Below are positions 47,470 to 64,000 of a stretch of 64,000 nt of DNA, in pieces. Source of the stretch: the human T2T-CHM13v2.0 reference genome, Homo sapiens. The position numbers were made by a program, and so were the translations under genes. Location: NCBI RefSeq assembly GCF_009914755.1, contig NC_060925.1; one strand, given 5' to 3'. The notes below the pieces were generated by a model, which saw only the letters and a list, made by a program, of their open reading frames with translations, did not search any database and had not been told where the DNA came from. Positions within the stretch are counted from its first letter, which is position 1, and each line of letters opens with the position of its first letter.

Positions 47470-49599
47470 CAGTCTGTGCAATCTTAAGCTGCGTGGTGGC
47501 GACAGTTCACCGTGTGGCTGTTTTTATACCATACACAAATGCTATATTCTTTTGTAACTCTTCAATATTTAACTAAAAAAAATTTAAACCAGAAGATTGT
47601 CAAATATATTCCAATTCTGCATTTAAAGAAAGGTTTCTCTTCTCTACAGATAATTTGGAAATGATATGCAAGTGCTTCCTTGCTCATTAGACAGCTAGGT
47701 AAGGGGTTTAATGACTTCTCTTCCACCTGACCTCACTTTTCCCACTGCCACCTGCCCGCCCACTCTAAAGGTGCTGTCCGAGCTCCACAGCACACCCACT
47801 GCAGGGATACTCCCACTTGGGAGCACACTTCTGTGTCCCTGCTCTTCAAACCCAAATGACCTCCCTTCTCTTTCTTAGGATCACTGTTTTCCTGAGTATT
47901 GTATTATCTTTAGGAAAGTACAGTGCTTATGAAATGACACTTCTTAGAAAGACATGTGTCAGCTGGGAAGGGTGACATGAAATCTTCAAAATTATCAAAA
48001 TCAGTCTAAAATAAGCAGAGCTGTGCTTCTAGATAAGGCCGAAAATGACTACTCCATAGGTGTCAACAGTCTCCAAATATAATCTACAGCACAAGTAGCC
48101 TCAGGGGTATGAAGAATATGTCTGTGAACTCATGTCAACCCACTCTCATGTCTGTGTAAAACCTGAAAAACTAAATACATACACGGGAGGTACTAAAACC
48201 TTCATCCCCAGCATCCACTGGCGTGTGACGTCAACGCCTTGTTCTTTATTCACGGCCATTTCAGAAACCTCTGTGCCACCCCGTCCATTTACTTCTAGAT
48301 TTCTGCTGCTGTGCGGCTCAGTGGATGCCCCTACTTTAGGGAATCCCAGCAGGCGCACCCTAGCACGAAAAGCCAAGGTCACTGTGCCTCTTGTTTACAA
48401 CAACACAAAAAAGGTCTTAGGCAAGACCCCCCTACCGCCACACATGCTAACAAAAAACCATGAGGAAGGGGTGGAATTCTCTTTGGTAACCCATGCTTTG
48501 CAGTCAATTTGAGGTTCATGTTGGGAGGAGAAGTCGGGGAGCCACCACGGAAGGTCGCATGGAGGGAACCTCACCACTTCCCTCTATAAATGAAGCCCCA
48601 ACTGTAGTATGCGAATAAAACAATCCGTCAGCTAAGTGCACGTTGTTTTGTATACATTAATAGTTTTCCATTTGTGAGGAGAAATCAGGGCAGCAATGAC
48701 GACCCTGTCTCTTAAACGCATCCACTTCTGCAAACAGTTCATCACCTCCAACCACCAATGGCCAAAGAGTATCTCCCCTAGGATCCTGTTCAATCTCTCT
48801 GTGGACCTGTCAAGACACAAAGCCAAACTAGACTGAATTTCTCTGGCAGGAGTGAAAATACATCACGGGTTAAGAACAAGAGTAGTTAGACAGTGAGGAT
48901 GTTAACATAAGGAGGTGGGCATGTACCAGAAAAAGGAAAACCAATACCAGACACCTAAAATCCAAGACCTAGAAACAGTCATCCTGTGACCTGAAGCAGA
49001 GCCATGTGCCACAACCAACCACGCCACATCTGAACCCAGAGGCATCCTGTGACACATCTGACAAGAACGACGGCATACAGAAGAGCAGAGACCCCACTCC
49101 AGACAGCTACACTCATGTACAGAGAGGCCTTTGGCACATCTTCTGGCCAGTCGTCACCCCACCCCAGGTAGGGAAGCTGCTTATTTGGAGAGTGGAAAAA
49201 ACAAACCTGGCATGCATGGTTCAGCGCCCTGGTAGTTTTGGGAGCTAGCTGCTCTTTTTGATCCTCTTCTCCAGGGTAGGCTCTTCCCCTGCCCACTAAT
49301 CTATGTCCCATAGTCCGAACTGTATCAATAACTATAGGTAATATTTTGAACCCATCTCTCTTTCTTCAGAACTTGGGGAAGGAAGAAGGGGCACTAATTT
49401 ATCAGCCTCATTCAGAGACCCAAACAAATAGTGAAGACAGAGCCCCAGAAACCTAAGTCCAAAATTCTCCCAACTAATTCCTTTCTATCTAGTAAATATT
49501 TTAAAACTATTTTTAAAAAATCATATTTATCCAGTTAAAAACTATGTACATTTTGAATCCATTCTTCCATAAAACAAACATACATCTCAAAACCAGCTA

Positions 49600-51005
<1,406 letters not shown>

Positions 51006-54000
51006 TATAAAGAAATCTAATAACAACTTGACTTACCTTGTAAAGAAATAACCTAAAAAGCCATGTACATGCTCAAGAGGTTTCAGGTTAATGACTCATT
51101 CTTGAGACCAAAAAATGTCACAGAGGGCATTTGTAAGAAATAGAAATAAACAAAATACACAATTGAAAAAATAAAAAAAGGTGAATCTAACAAAATCCTT
51201 TTTTAAAAAAATCCTTTTATGCTTATATTTTTACCTAACCTGGAAAATGAATATCTCTATCTATATATCTCTCTGTCTATCCATCTATCTATCTAGATAA
51301 AAACAAACTTAGCCAAAACTTTTTCCTCTCCCCTGGGTCTCATTCTTCATTCCTAGCTTTCTAAAAATTCAGCAAAGACAAAACATTTGCCTTTTCCTAT
51401 CAACCATAAACACCCACTTTGAACACAGCCAGTATCTACCCCCACCCCTCCATCTAGGAGCTTTAATTATGGCCCTGAAGTACGCATAACTCACACTAGC
51501 AGTAGAGTCCATCTATGAGGGACGTGGAGGCCCTCAAGAGATATGGTCAGCATCTGTTACGCCAGCACACCAGAGCAAACATCTGCTGCAAGGTTGTGCT
51601 GAAAACATTTCTATCAAGTGGGCCATCCTGTCTGGAAGATTACCAGCCCTGGAGGGATGTTTGCGAGCAAAGTTTCAGCTCTTCGTGAAGCAGCCCTCTG
51701 ACCAAAGCAAGCGATACAGAGTGCTGCAGAGAACACGATGTGCATTCTCTGGGGGCATTTTCAAGGGTTTCCATTTCATAGAAAATGAAAGGATTCTAAA
51801 CCATGTAGAGACGGTGGAAAATATAGTTGGATACTACCCAATGAAGATGTGCACCAAAATACCATGATGAAGTTTATCCTGAAAGTAGGAGAAGGAGAAT
51901 GTGGTGGGCTTACTCATGAGAAGGAATAGCAAGGTGCTCAGATTGGACTTCTGCAGGGATTCGTCCCCAAGTTCCCAAAGACTCAACCTACCAAGAAGGA
52001 GGCTACTTTGCCAGAAACTGTCCTACACTTTATAGTACTTGATCTTACCTTTCCAGATGTTTCTGTGAATTTTTTAGTCTAGTGCACCATCAGTTCACCA
52101 ACTGCTCTAGGAAGATCCAAATACAACAGTTCTTATTTCCGCCTCCATCAAGGGTAATAAATGCCAAGTAAGATGCAGTATCCTATTTAGCGTGGCCTGT
52201 GTGACTGGGGGCCCAAAGCCAGGAACCATAGCATCCACATCATCTGGGCCTTTCTGATTGGACCGTAGCATGACAAAGAGCAGTGGCTTAGGGGACCCTC
52301 CTTTCTCTTGCTGACTCAATCTAAACTGCTCTGGGTGAGCACTCCCCCTTTCCAAGTCCTGTTTAATTCTACTCATAAAATGGGGTTGGTTTTCTAACAG
52401 CTCAAGGTGTTTTAAGAATAATACACAGTGTTCATAAAGCATAATGGGCATCTCCCAACAAATGGACCCAAGCGCAGGCAAGGTCCATTTCTGGTTATTT
52501 CTGTTATCAATATTATTTGAAAAGCATAGGTAAGATAAAATAGCAACCCTCAACTCTGATGCATCCAGAACTGGGCAACTACATAATACAGAGACAATTT
52601 ACATGAATGAAAGTTTAATGGCATCAAATCAACTATGGATTACTAGTATCCAGGTAAAAGTAAAAACTATATAGAGTTGAAAATGTTGCTAAGAAAATAT
52701 ATTAACATATAAAAATACCTTTTAAAACTTCCTTCATTTTTTGTTTATAATTTGAAGGGCAATTAGAAGCTTCAGATGATAGGAGCTCAAGGCCCACGAT
52801 TTTGCCATGAAGGCTGGCCACCTCCAATCTCCACCTGGGGACTTAAAACACTGCAAAATCCTATACACCATAACCCAAGAAAAATCCCTGATTTCTCCAC
52901 TAAGGGCTCCTGAGACCAGAAAGACAAGATGAAGGATGGTGACCTATACTTTGGGAAAACCAAATTAGCTGCCATTTCTTGACATTCTATAATCCCAACT
53001 TTCAATTTCTAATGCAGGTGGCTCTAACTGCACAGGTAGGACAGAGCTGAAATCCAATGTAAACAGACACAATTCATCTTGCACACAACACTATACAGAG
53101 CTTTCCCCATTATTAAAAAGCTTCACCAAAATCTTGATTGGAAGTATGCTAAACATACTGCCCACAATTCCAAATTAAACAATTTTGAGAAATATTTCTT
53201 GCTTTTCAGATTCTCAAAATATTTGAAGTTCGACAACTACATACAGGCAAGATCATTCTGACCATCAACTACTCAATTAATTCTCACTACTGTCCTGGGA
53301 AGCAGATAATATTATCACCATTTTATAGATGAGAAAACTAAAGCACAGAGAGATGAAATAATTTGTCCAAGGACAGCGGGAGTGGAAAAGGAATTCACAC
53401 ACATTTCCGTTTTCCAGTAATTTAACTTAAGAAAGGAGCTACTGCAGAGAACAAACTTATCAGTCATGGAATCCCACATCACTCAGTGCTGGAGAGGGGG
53501 AATGAGCAACAAAAAAGTGACAAATCATAAGGTCTGAGTCCCAACTCTCAGCCAGAGTCACCCAATTGCTTCAGAAGACTGTTACCCCAAGGAAATAAGA
53601 AAAAAATACGTTAACTTGCTCTGTAAACCATAAAATCCACTACTAGTATATATATATATTATATCTCCATGAAGCACTTACCACAGTTACACTTGGTTTT
53701 TGTTTGCATTTCTTAGCAGGTGATTAATACTTTAAGGGGAGAGAAACTGTATTACTCATTTTTATATCCTCAGCATCTATCTAAAATGTCTTTCCCATAG
53801 AAACTCAAACGTCTGTTGAGTGGTTGAGTGAGTAAATAAATGTAAATAAAATAAAAAAGAAAACATATTTTAAGGGCCAAACAGCCCAAAGGCATTCCAT
53901 GAGGGAAGTTTGTTACTAAACTTTCAGATAAGGTGTCTAGTATTTCCTGTAATAAGATATTGTATATTCCCCTTCTCCTGCCCACAGAATAAATCAAGTA

Positions 54001-54044
54001 CAAAGAAACTAAAAATAATAATACCAAAGAATGAGCAATTTCCG

Positions 54045-54399
<355 letters not shown>

Positions 54400-55959
54400 C
54401 TATGCAGGCACCTGGAGACATTTGAAGCTGGAGGTAGGAAAAAAAAAAGGTGAAGGTGAGCTTGACCTAGAAGGGCAACTGTGAACAAGGTGCTTTGAGG
54501 AAGCAATGTCAAACCTGTGTGGACCTTTTTGTAAACAGGTTAATTTCCTAAATTCTTTTGTGGGAATATAAGACATCCGTGTTTCTAAAACGGGAGAGGA
54601 GAGGAAACAAAAACCAAAACCAAAACCACCACCATGCACTGAAGGCCTGCAGTGGGGGCACAGGAGGAAGTATGAGAGGTTCCATGCCTGAGTTGTGATG
54701 TTTGCAGAGAATTAGCCAGTGAGAGTGCCCAAGGAACACGGGAGCACAAATCTGAGAAGGAACACTCGAACGAGGACCAATTCTATTATTATTATTCTGC
54801 TCTGTAAGGCATAGGTGACACCACCCCTCTCTCTGTGCTTAAAGGACAGCCATTCCATTAACTACCCACCTTGAATGGATTCCAGAGAAAGACTTTGTTC
54901 CCCAAGAAATATTAGCAAAAGCCTTCAAGCCAGGGCTAAGAGCCTTAGTGACAAGTGAGAAGGCACAGAACAACTGAGCAGAGATCATCTCTTGAAAACC
55001 TATGCTAATTATCCTGTTTCTACCATCAGGAAAGTGGGAGGGGGGAAGGGCTGCTGTGCTATCACTTGGGGTCCATTCTGGGGTCAAATTTGAATCCCAG
55101 CTTCTAGAGCTGAATTCAATGTGGAGTTTGTTGTCCATGCCAAAATTCAAAGGCTGATCAAGTTGAAGAACGTGACATGGACATAATGTGAAGTACATGA
55201 AAACTCACATACAAAGTACCTGCCCTCCTGGAACCAGTCCCCAGTTATCACAGAGCCGAGAGGAAACCAGTCCCCTATTATCAAATCCTCTTACTCTTGA
55301 CTAGAGTGATGGAATTTGGGAAGAATGCAGCAGACTTCTAAAGACTGCTCAGCTACAAGCAGGATCTTCATCTCCTTTTCAGCTGTGGATAACAACGGAA
55401 GCAGTCAGCCGTCTAATAAATCAAGTTTAATTTTAACAGCATGAAGTATTGCCCGCTTTGTAATTATACTTCCAAAGGTAAAACCCAACTCGAATTAACT
55501 TAAAAAAATTGTTATTGAGGTAAAATTCACATAACATAAAATTAATCATTTTAAAGTTTACAATTCAGAGGCAGTTAATACATCTACAATGCGTGCAGCC
55601 CTCAGATCTAATTCCAAAACGCTTTCATCATCCCCCAAAGGAGACCCCTCCCCCTCATTAAGCAGTCAAAGTGAACTTTTTCCACAATGGCATTCTTTGT
55701 GATATATCATGCTTTCTCCACAGTATCAGTTTATTCACTTTCAACAGCATCTTTGCATTTTAAAGGTAAGGGAAAACTCAAAGGACCATGAGAACTAACA
55801 CTCACAAATGTGCTTTCCAGTCTACCACGTGACTGTATACACATCTGGTGAGACAGTTATCTCAGGCAAAATGTACTGTGTGTCTTCCCTGGGAGGAGAA
55901 ACAGGAGCTGATTCTAATGGAATGTTTACTATGTGACAGATACTGAGTCAGAAACAGCA

Positions 55960-56190
55960 CAGCAGCTAAGACTGGGTGCTCTGCAACCACACTGCCCAAG
56001 TTCCAGTTCCAATTCAGTGTGAACTCTGTGTTCTTTGGGCAAGTCATCATAATCTCTCTGCCTCCTTTCTCTTCACACGTATTGTGATGGCAACACCACC
56101 ACTTGCCTCATGGAGATGCTATGAAGGTTAAGTAAGTTCAAGTGCTTAGAACAGTGCCTAGTGCATAATAAGAGCTCAATCACTGCTGCC
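55960..56190 (+). mobile_element. MIR SINE
   Basis: tctttgggcaagtcat...ctctctgcctc...tgcttagaacagtgcctagtgcata. Confidence 0.65.
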
Positions 56191-59068
56191 TTATTCGACT
56201 TTCACTACGACTCTGAGGGAGGTTCTATTTGTGCCCCCATTTCATTACTGAGGAACTTAAATTTTACAGCATCTAAGAGACTTACCCCAAACCCCCAGAG
56301 AATAAGTGGGATAGCTGGGATTTGAACTCAATTCTGAGTTCTGTTGGCTTAGCAACCATTCTGTAAAATGTACCAAGGAACAAAACCTTTCTGATCCCAG
56401 TTACCAAACTCATGTTGAGCAAAATCACACTCACACAGGAAAAAAAAAAAAAAACACATGAAACTGTCACCAAAATGGCAATAACCCAACTGTGCTACAG
56501 TTTTATTTCCTGCTGGCTTCTCAGTTCTCTAAGCCTTGAGGATCCACGCGCCTTAGACCATTATTACCTCCTCCCCCATATGCAGTAAGTTCCTGACTCT
56601 TCTGATCTTTCCTGTTCTTACTGGGCACCATCCCCCAAGACCTTCTGCTATTTGTACTTTCTGATTTCAGGCTCTTTATTCTCTGATACACACTGTTGCC
56701 AGAATAATCTTCAAAAAGATTGACTGCAACTTTCAACTTTAATTCAATCATACAAATATTTCTTGAGCATCTAGGTGCAAGGCACCATGATGAAGATAAT
56801 GTGAGTAAGACAGTCCTTGCCTTCAGGAGCTCAATCCAAAAAGGGAGGTGTAAGATAGAATTTCATAAGACAATGCAGAGCCAGAGAAAGGCCCTAAGAG
56901 AGGCATGATGTTCTACAGGGGTATTCAAAGGACAGAGTTATATCCTCCTCAGATTAGAGAAAGATTAATGAAGGAAATTAAGTTTAAAAATGTAGAGCAT
57001 TTCCACATGGAGTAACAGAAGGGCAGGCATTCTGGGCAGAACACTGCAGGAAGAAATGGCAGACAGGAAGCCTGAGTGTTTGGCAAGGGCCAGAGGTGCA
57101 GAAAGAAAAGCAGTAGGGAAGGGGCTTGGAGAAGCTGATTTGGACCACAGTATAAAAGGTCTTGACTCTCAGGCAAGGGGGTTAGTACTGAGTGTGGCTG
57201 ATGAAATCTCCATAGCTTTGCTCTCCTGTGTGCTTTGCTCAGGGTTGGTTCTCACCATCTCCCCATCACTCAAGGCCTAGTTCAAGTCTCAGCTTCTTCC
57301 TGACGTGTGTCTTGACCGCCCCAGTGTAAAATAAGATCCTCTTCTATTAACAACGACCATCTCTACAATTTATTTGGCAATTAATCACGTAGTGCTTCTA
57401 ACATCTGTTATCAGTCTTAAATGATTTTTCCTTTTTCTTATTATTTATCATGCGTATTTATGTTTTGACTCCCCAGTGAAGTATTCACTGAACTCTAGTG
57501 TGGGGGAGGAGTCTTCCCCAACTCTGGAAGATCACCAGAAAATACGCAGCCTAAAAACAGATTTTGTCAGGTGACTCTGATGACCAGTTGGGTATGCAAT
57601 CCACTACACCCATGGAATCTGGCACAGGGCCTTGCTATACATCGAAAAATTTGCTATTTTTACAGGTATCTGTGATTTTCACTTCATATCTCAACAACAA
57701 ACAGGTGCATCAATGTGCGCGGCCACTAGGAGTACATGAGAGTACCTGCTTTTCAACAACCTCACTTCTACTTAGAACTGATAAACTTTTTTGTAAATAT
57801 AACGGGTGTGAAGTAATATGTGTATTTTAATTTGCATTTCCCTGTTAGTGAGGCTGCAAAACTTTGCAGACTTTTCAGATTTTCTCAGCTAAAACTACCT
57901 GTTCTCATCTTTCACCCATTTTTCTATTGAACTGCTTGTGTCTATTATAGATTTCTACAAGTTCTTCATGCATTCTAGATACTAATCCAGTTATGTTATA
58001 AATATCTTCTCTCAGTCTGTCACTTTTTTCTCACTTTATGGTTTCCTATAAAACACAGACTTTTTAAGTCTTAATATAGATAAATATATTATCATTTACT
58101 TTTTGAGTTGTACTTTTTGTACTATTTCTTATAAACCCTTCCCTACTCAGGGAACATTAAAATGTTCTATTTTCTTACAGTTTTAAAGTCTTGTTTTTCC
58201 TGGCTTTAACTTATCTGAAAGTTACAATCTTATTTTATTTTGTTCCCATATGCCAGCTAAGCCCATTGGTCCCAAACCATTTACTGAATAATTGGTTAGT
58301 TCCCCACGGATATCACATAGTTCTGCCCCCATTACACTGACGTCTCTATTTTGCATCAATACCACCAGGTCTTAATTACTCTAACTTTACAAGTCTTATC
58401 TCATTTGTATAAAGCCTATCTTCCTTGTTTCTTACTCAATTTTCTTGCTATTCTTGGACCTTTATTCTACCACACAAATCAGTCTGCTGGTTCCACAAAA
58501 AAATCCTGTTAAAGTTTTGATTGAAATGATATAGCAATGAGAGAGTAAGGGGATCTTTATAATGCAGAGTACTTTTTCCATTAACATCGGCGCATCATCT
58601 CTCCATTTATCTACGTCTTTTTTTTAGGTCTTTTAATATTTTATTATGTCTTTTTTTAAAAAAAAAAATAAAGAATTTGCATATCATTTGTTGTACTTAC
58701 TGCTAGGAATCTTATAAACTATAAGTTTCTGTAGCCACTGTGAACAGCATTTTTTTTTTTAAGAGACAGAGTCTCACTATGTCATTCAGGTGGGACTCCA
58801 ACTCCTGGGCCTAAGTGATCTTCCTGCCTCAGTCTCCTGAGTAGCTGCAACTACAAGGTCATCCCACTGCACCCGGCTCAGTATTTTTAATATATTACAT
58901 TTTCTACTTTGTTGGTGGTGGTCCATAGGAATACTACCAATTTTTTAAAAATCTTTAAACTGTAAAATTTTTCTATATTTTCATTTGCTCCACTAATTAA
59001 GTGTCTACATTTTTAATATAAATATATCACCTACAAATGTTTTGTCTCTTCCTTTCCATTCCTGTGTC

Positions 59069-59106
<38 letters not shown>

Positions 59107-59129
59107 ATATATATTATAGTTTGACAAAG

Positions 59130-59400
59130 TCATGCTCTGTTACCCAGACTGGAGTGCAGAGGTATGATCATAGCTCACTATAACTTGAACCCCTGGGCTC
59201 AAGCAATCCTCCCACCTCAGCCTCCCAAGTAGTGGGACTACAGGCGCATGCCACCATGGCCGGCTAATATTTTTATTTTTTGTAGAAATGAGGTCTTTCT
59301 ATGTTACCCAGGTTGGTCTTGAAATTTTGGCCTCAAGTGATCCTCCCTCTTTGGCCTCCCAAAGCACTGAGATTATAGGAGTGAGTCACCTCACCTGGCC
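59130..59400 (-). mobile_element. AluJ-type SINE, next to (TG)16 at 59072-59104
   Basis: Antisense dimeric Alu with AluJ-like positions. Confidence 0.85.
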
Positions 59401-59571
59401 ATATATTTATATACTTTTCTATAAACACACATATATAGGGTCTTTGTCCAATTGTGTCATATAGAAATCTGAGTGAAGAGTCTAATATTAGTGATGACAG
59501 TAGGCAACCTTATTTTGCTCTTTATTTTCAGTGAAGGACTGACAGTTTCACCATTAAATATGATGCATAGG

Positions 59572-59885
59572 GGCTACATGAGTAGCTCACGCCTAAAGTC
59601 CCAGAACTTTGGGAGGCTGAGGCAAGAGGATCACTTGAGTCCAGGAGTTAAAGACCACCCTGGGTAACATGGTGAAACACCATCTCAAAAAAAAAAAAAA
59701 AAAAAAAAACCCAAAAATTATCCAGGCGTGATGGCGTGCACCTGTAGTCCCAACTACTCAGAAGACTGAAGCGGGAGCATCACTGGAGCCCAGGAGGTTG
59801 AGGCTGCAGTGAGCCATGACTGCACCACTGCACTCCAGCCTGGGTGACACAGTGAGACTCTGTCTCAAAAAAAAAAAAAAAAAAA
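59572..59885 (+). mobile_element. AluJ-type SINE
   Basis: Dimeric Alu with long A linker and tail. Confidence 0.85.

Positions 59886-59887
<2 letters not shown>

Positions 59888-59939
<52 letters not shown>
59888..59939. repeat. (AT)26 microsatellite
   Basis: Direct count. Confidence 0.93.
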
Positions 59940-59942
<3 letters not shown>

Positions 59943-60151
59943 ACTTAATAGTTTTTGGGAGTTATTCTTTTTTGCATTAAGCACATGTCCTGTCATTCCT
60001 AGTCTTCTATAAGTCATCGTTACAAAGAACACTGCATTTCACCCACTGAATTTTATGCAACTATGAAAACAAATGCACTTGTTTCTCAGTGAGTTATATT
60101 ACGTAGCAAACTGCATTTTCAAAGACGGCCAAGACAGTATCTCCCACCTCA

Positions 60152-60639
<488 letters not shown>

Positions 60640-60724
60640 GCCTACTTTCCCTTCCCTTGAATGTGAATTGGACTTAGTGACTGCTTTGTAAACAATACAA
60701 CACAGTGTAAGTGATGCTGTGTAA

Positions 60725-61033
<309 letters not shown>

Positions 61034-61760
61034 AACGCTGTGTAACTTCTAAGGCTAGGTCAGAAATGGCCACAGAACGCAGCCAACCATCATGCTGTGG
61101 GAAGCCCAAGCCAAATGCAGTGGCCAAGTATAGGTACGCCAGGTTTCCATCCCAGTCGAGCTCAGCCTCAGAGTCACCATCACAGCCAGGTGGCAGAAAT
61201 GTGAGTAAAGAAGATCACAGCTGTTTATGTCACACACAGCCATTTGTGTCTTCCCAGCTGAGGCCCCAGAAATCACGGCACAAAGATAAGACACCCTTAC
61301 TGCCCCATTCAAAATTCCTGAACCATGGAATCCATAAACAGAACAAAAAGGTTGGATGGGTTGATATGGTATGTCATGCAACGGTGGACAGCTGGAACAC
61401 AAGACTAGAGTCTCTCATGGTAACTATCTTTGCATTCCCGGGATAACTCCTACTTGCTCACCATGTAGTACTTTTTATACATTGCTGGGTTCAGTTCGGT
61501 AATATTCCACTTAAGACGTTTATGTTTTGCTTGGTGAAGGGAGAGATTGGCCTACAAAAAATGTTTCCTTCTTAGATCGTATTTATATGGTTTTGAGATC
61601 AAGGTTAAACTTAGCCTTTTAAAAAAAGTTGTGAAGCTTGCCTTCTTTTCCTAGCCTCTGAGAAATAGCTTAAAGATTTGTTAATTAAATATCAGGTATA
61701 TTCACCTGTAAAACTGCCTGGGGGGCGCTGGTGCTGGGAAAGGGGTATTCAAACCAATGA

Positions 61761-62063
<303 letters not shown>

Positions 62064-62299
62064 AATGATCCAGTCTCTTTAATAATTATTAGCATATTTG
62101 GAATCTCTATTCTTGAGTCAATTTTAAGAATTTTGTTGTCTCTTTTGAAATTTCCTATCATAAAACTTTTCACAGTAGCCCTTACATGTGTGGGTTTGTG
62201 TATTTAAAATTCTCTCCTGCACTGGCTCTTTGTTTCTAATACTGTTTACTTGTCCTTCTTTTTTACAAGATCAGCCTTGCTGTATTATATTCATATTTT

Positions 62300-62532
62300 C
62301 TTTTTTTTTTTTTTTCCTGCTTCTCGGGTTCAAGTGATTCTCCTGTCTCAGCCTCCTGAATAGCTGGGATTATAGGCGCCCACCACCACACCCAGCTAAT
62401 TTTTGTATTTTTAGTAGAGGCAGGGTTTCACCATGCTGGCCAGGCTAGTCTCAAACTCCTGACCTCAAGTGATCCTCTGGCCTTGGCCTCCCAAAGTGCT
62501 GGGATTACGAGCGTGAGCCACAGCCCCCAGCC
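62300..62532 (-). mobile_element. Partial AluS-type SINE
   Basis: Antisense Alu lacking part of the right arm. Confidence 0.82.
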
Positions 62533-62683
62533 TATATTGCTATTTTCACATAATCAGCTTTTGATTTAATGTGGATCATCTCATTTTTTCCTCCCATTTC
62601 ATTAATATCTGCTATTACCTTTATGTTTCCTTGTTAAAAATTGCTTTCTTTTGTGGTTATTCTTTTTCTATTTTTCTTAATAA

Positions 62684-63418
<735 letters not shown>

Positions 63419-64000
63419 AAAATCTTAGCTTTTAAATTTCAAATCACCCTACGTTTTTAAAAGCAGAGTGTCCCACAGATTCTAATCTGAGATTACTCTC
63501 CCACAGTAATTGTTGACTAAACTACTTCCTGATTAACAGTGAGACAGAGAAGAAGAGTCCTTGGGCAATCAAAAACCATAGTAAAATCACAGCAGGGTCG
63601 ACAACCCATACAGCTCCTTACAAGGGTGGGCTAGGTGGCAGCAGACTGGTGCCAACCGTGTCAGGGCGAGGTGGAAGGCTGCTCTGGGTGAGGTGATATG
63701 GAGGACCCAGAGCACAGTCCTGAAAGCTTGGCTCCTCACCCCACCCTCCTTGAGAATGACAATTAGCCCTAGACAGTCACCAAAATATTGCCAAAGCTGG
63801 AGAGATGAAGCCCCTGGTCCCTGTGCCACTTCTCTGACTCTGGATAAACCAACTGACTATATGTCGGTTTTCTGAGTTTGCTTTTTGGGGCGTGGGGGAG
63901 GGTGAGGGAGTGGCAGAGGTGTTGTTTGAAGTATCATAAAGTTTTCGAAGAAAAAGGAGACTGCAGGCTAAGTTAAAACACTGAAAGAATAGTAAGTGAT

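Noticed and set aside
51540-52553. Non-repeat-looking stretch with 68-aa and 148-aa ORFs, considered as a processed pseudogene
   Set aside because: No recognisable protein similarity, poly(A) tail or TSD.

Overview
Human genomic DNA; the gene pair identifies it as the chr1p36.23 SLC45A1/RERE locus. The left end holds the last exon and short 3'UTR of SLC45A1 (+). About 8.6 kb of convergent intergenic sequence follows, then the 3' part of RERE/atrophin-2 (-). RERE contributes a ~2.7-kb 3'UTR and 11 coding exons between 24816 and 13929. All junctions are GT-AG and phase-consistent, giving 3417 nt = 1138 aa + stop (end of SANT, GATA-type zinc finger, atrophin domain). The remaining ~39 kb (24817-64000) is one RERE intron rich in Alu/L1/L2/MIR/MaLR repeats. 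No prokaryotic system is present. The most unusual observations: (1) a 12 x 28-bp minisatellite whose unit plus flank has one inverted partner 1.14 kb away (30 bp perfect complement), predicting a multi-register long-range RNA stem around a candidate frameshifting micro-exon; (2) a TSD-flanked, polyadenylated 5'-half U5 snRNA retrocopy antisense to RERE; (3) a perfect 84-bp AT-only palindrome; (4) a young AluYb insertion; (5) a nested head-to-head Alu pair. Functional readings of these are hypotheses. Repeat subfamily calls are from remembered consensus sequences, not from a database search.
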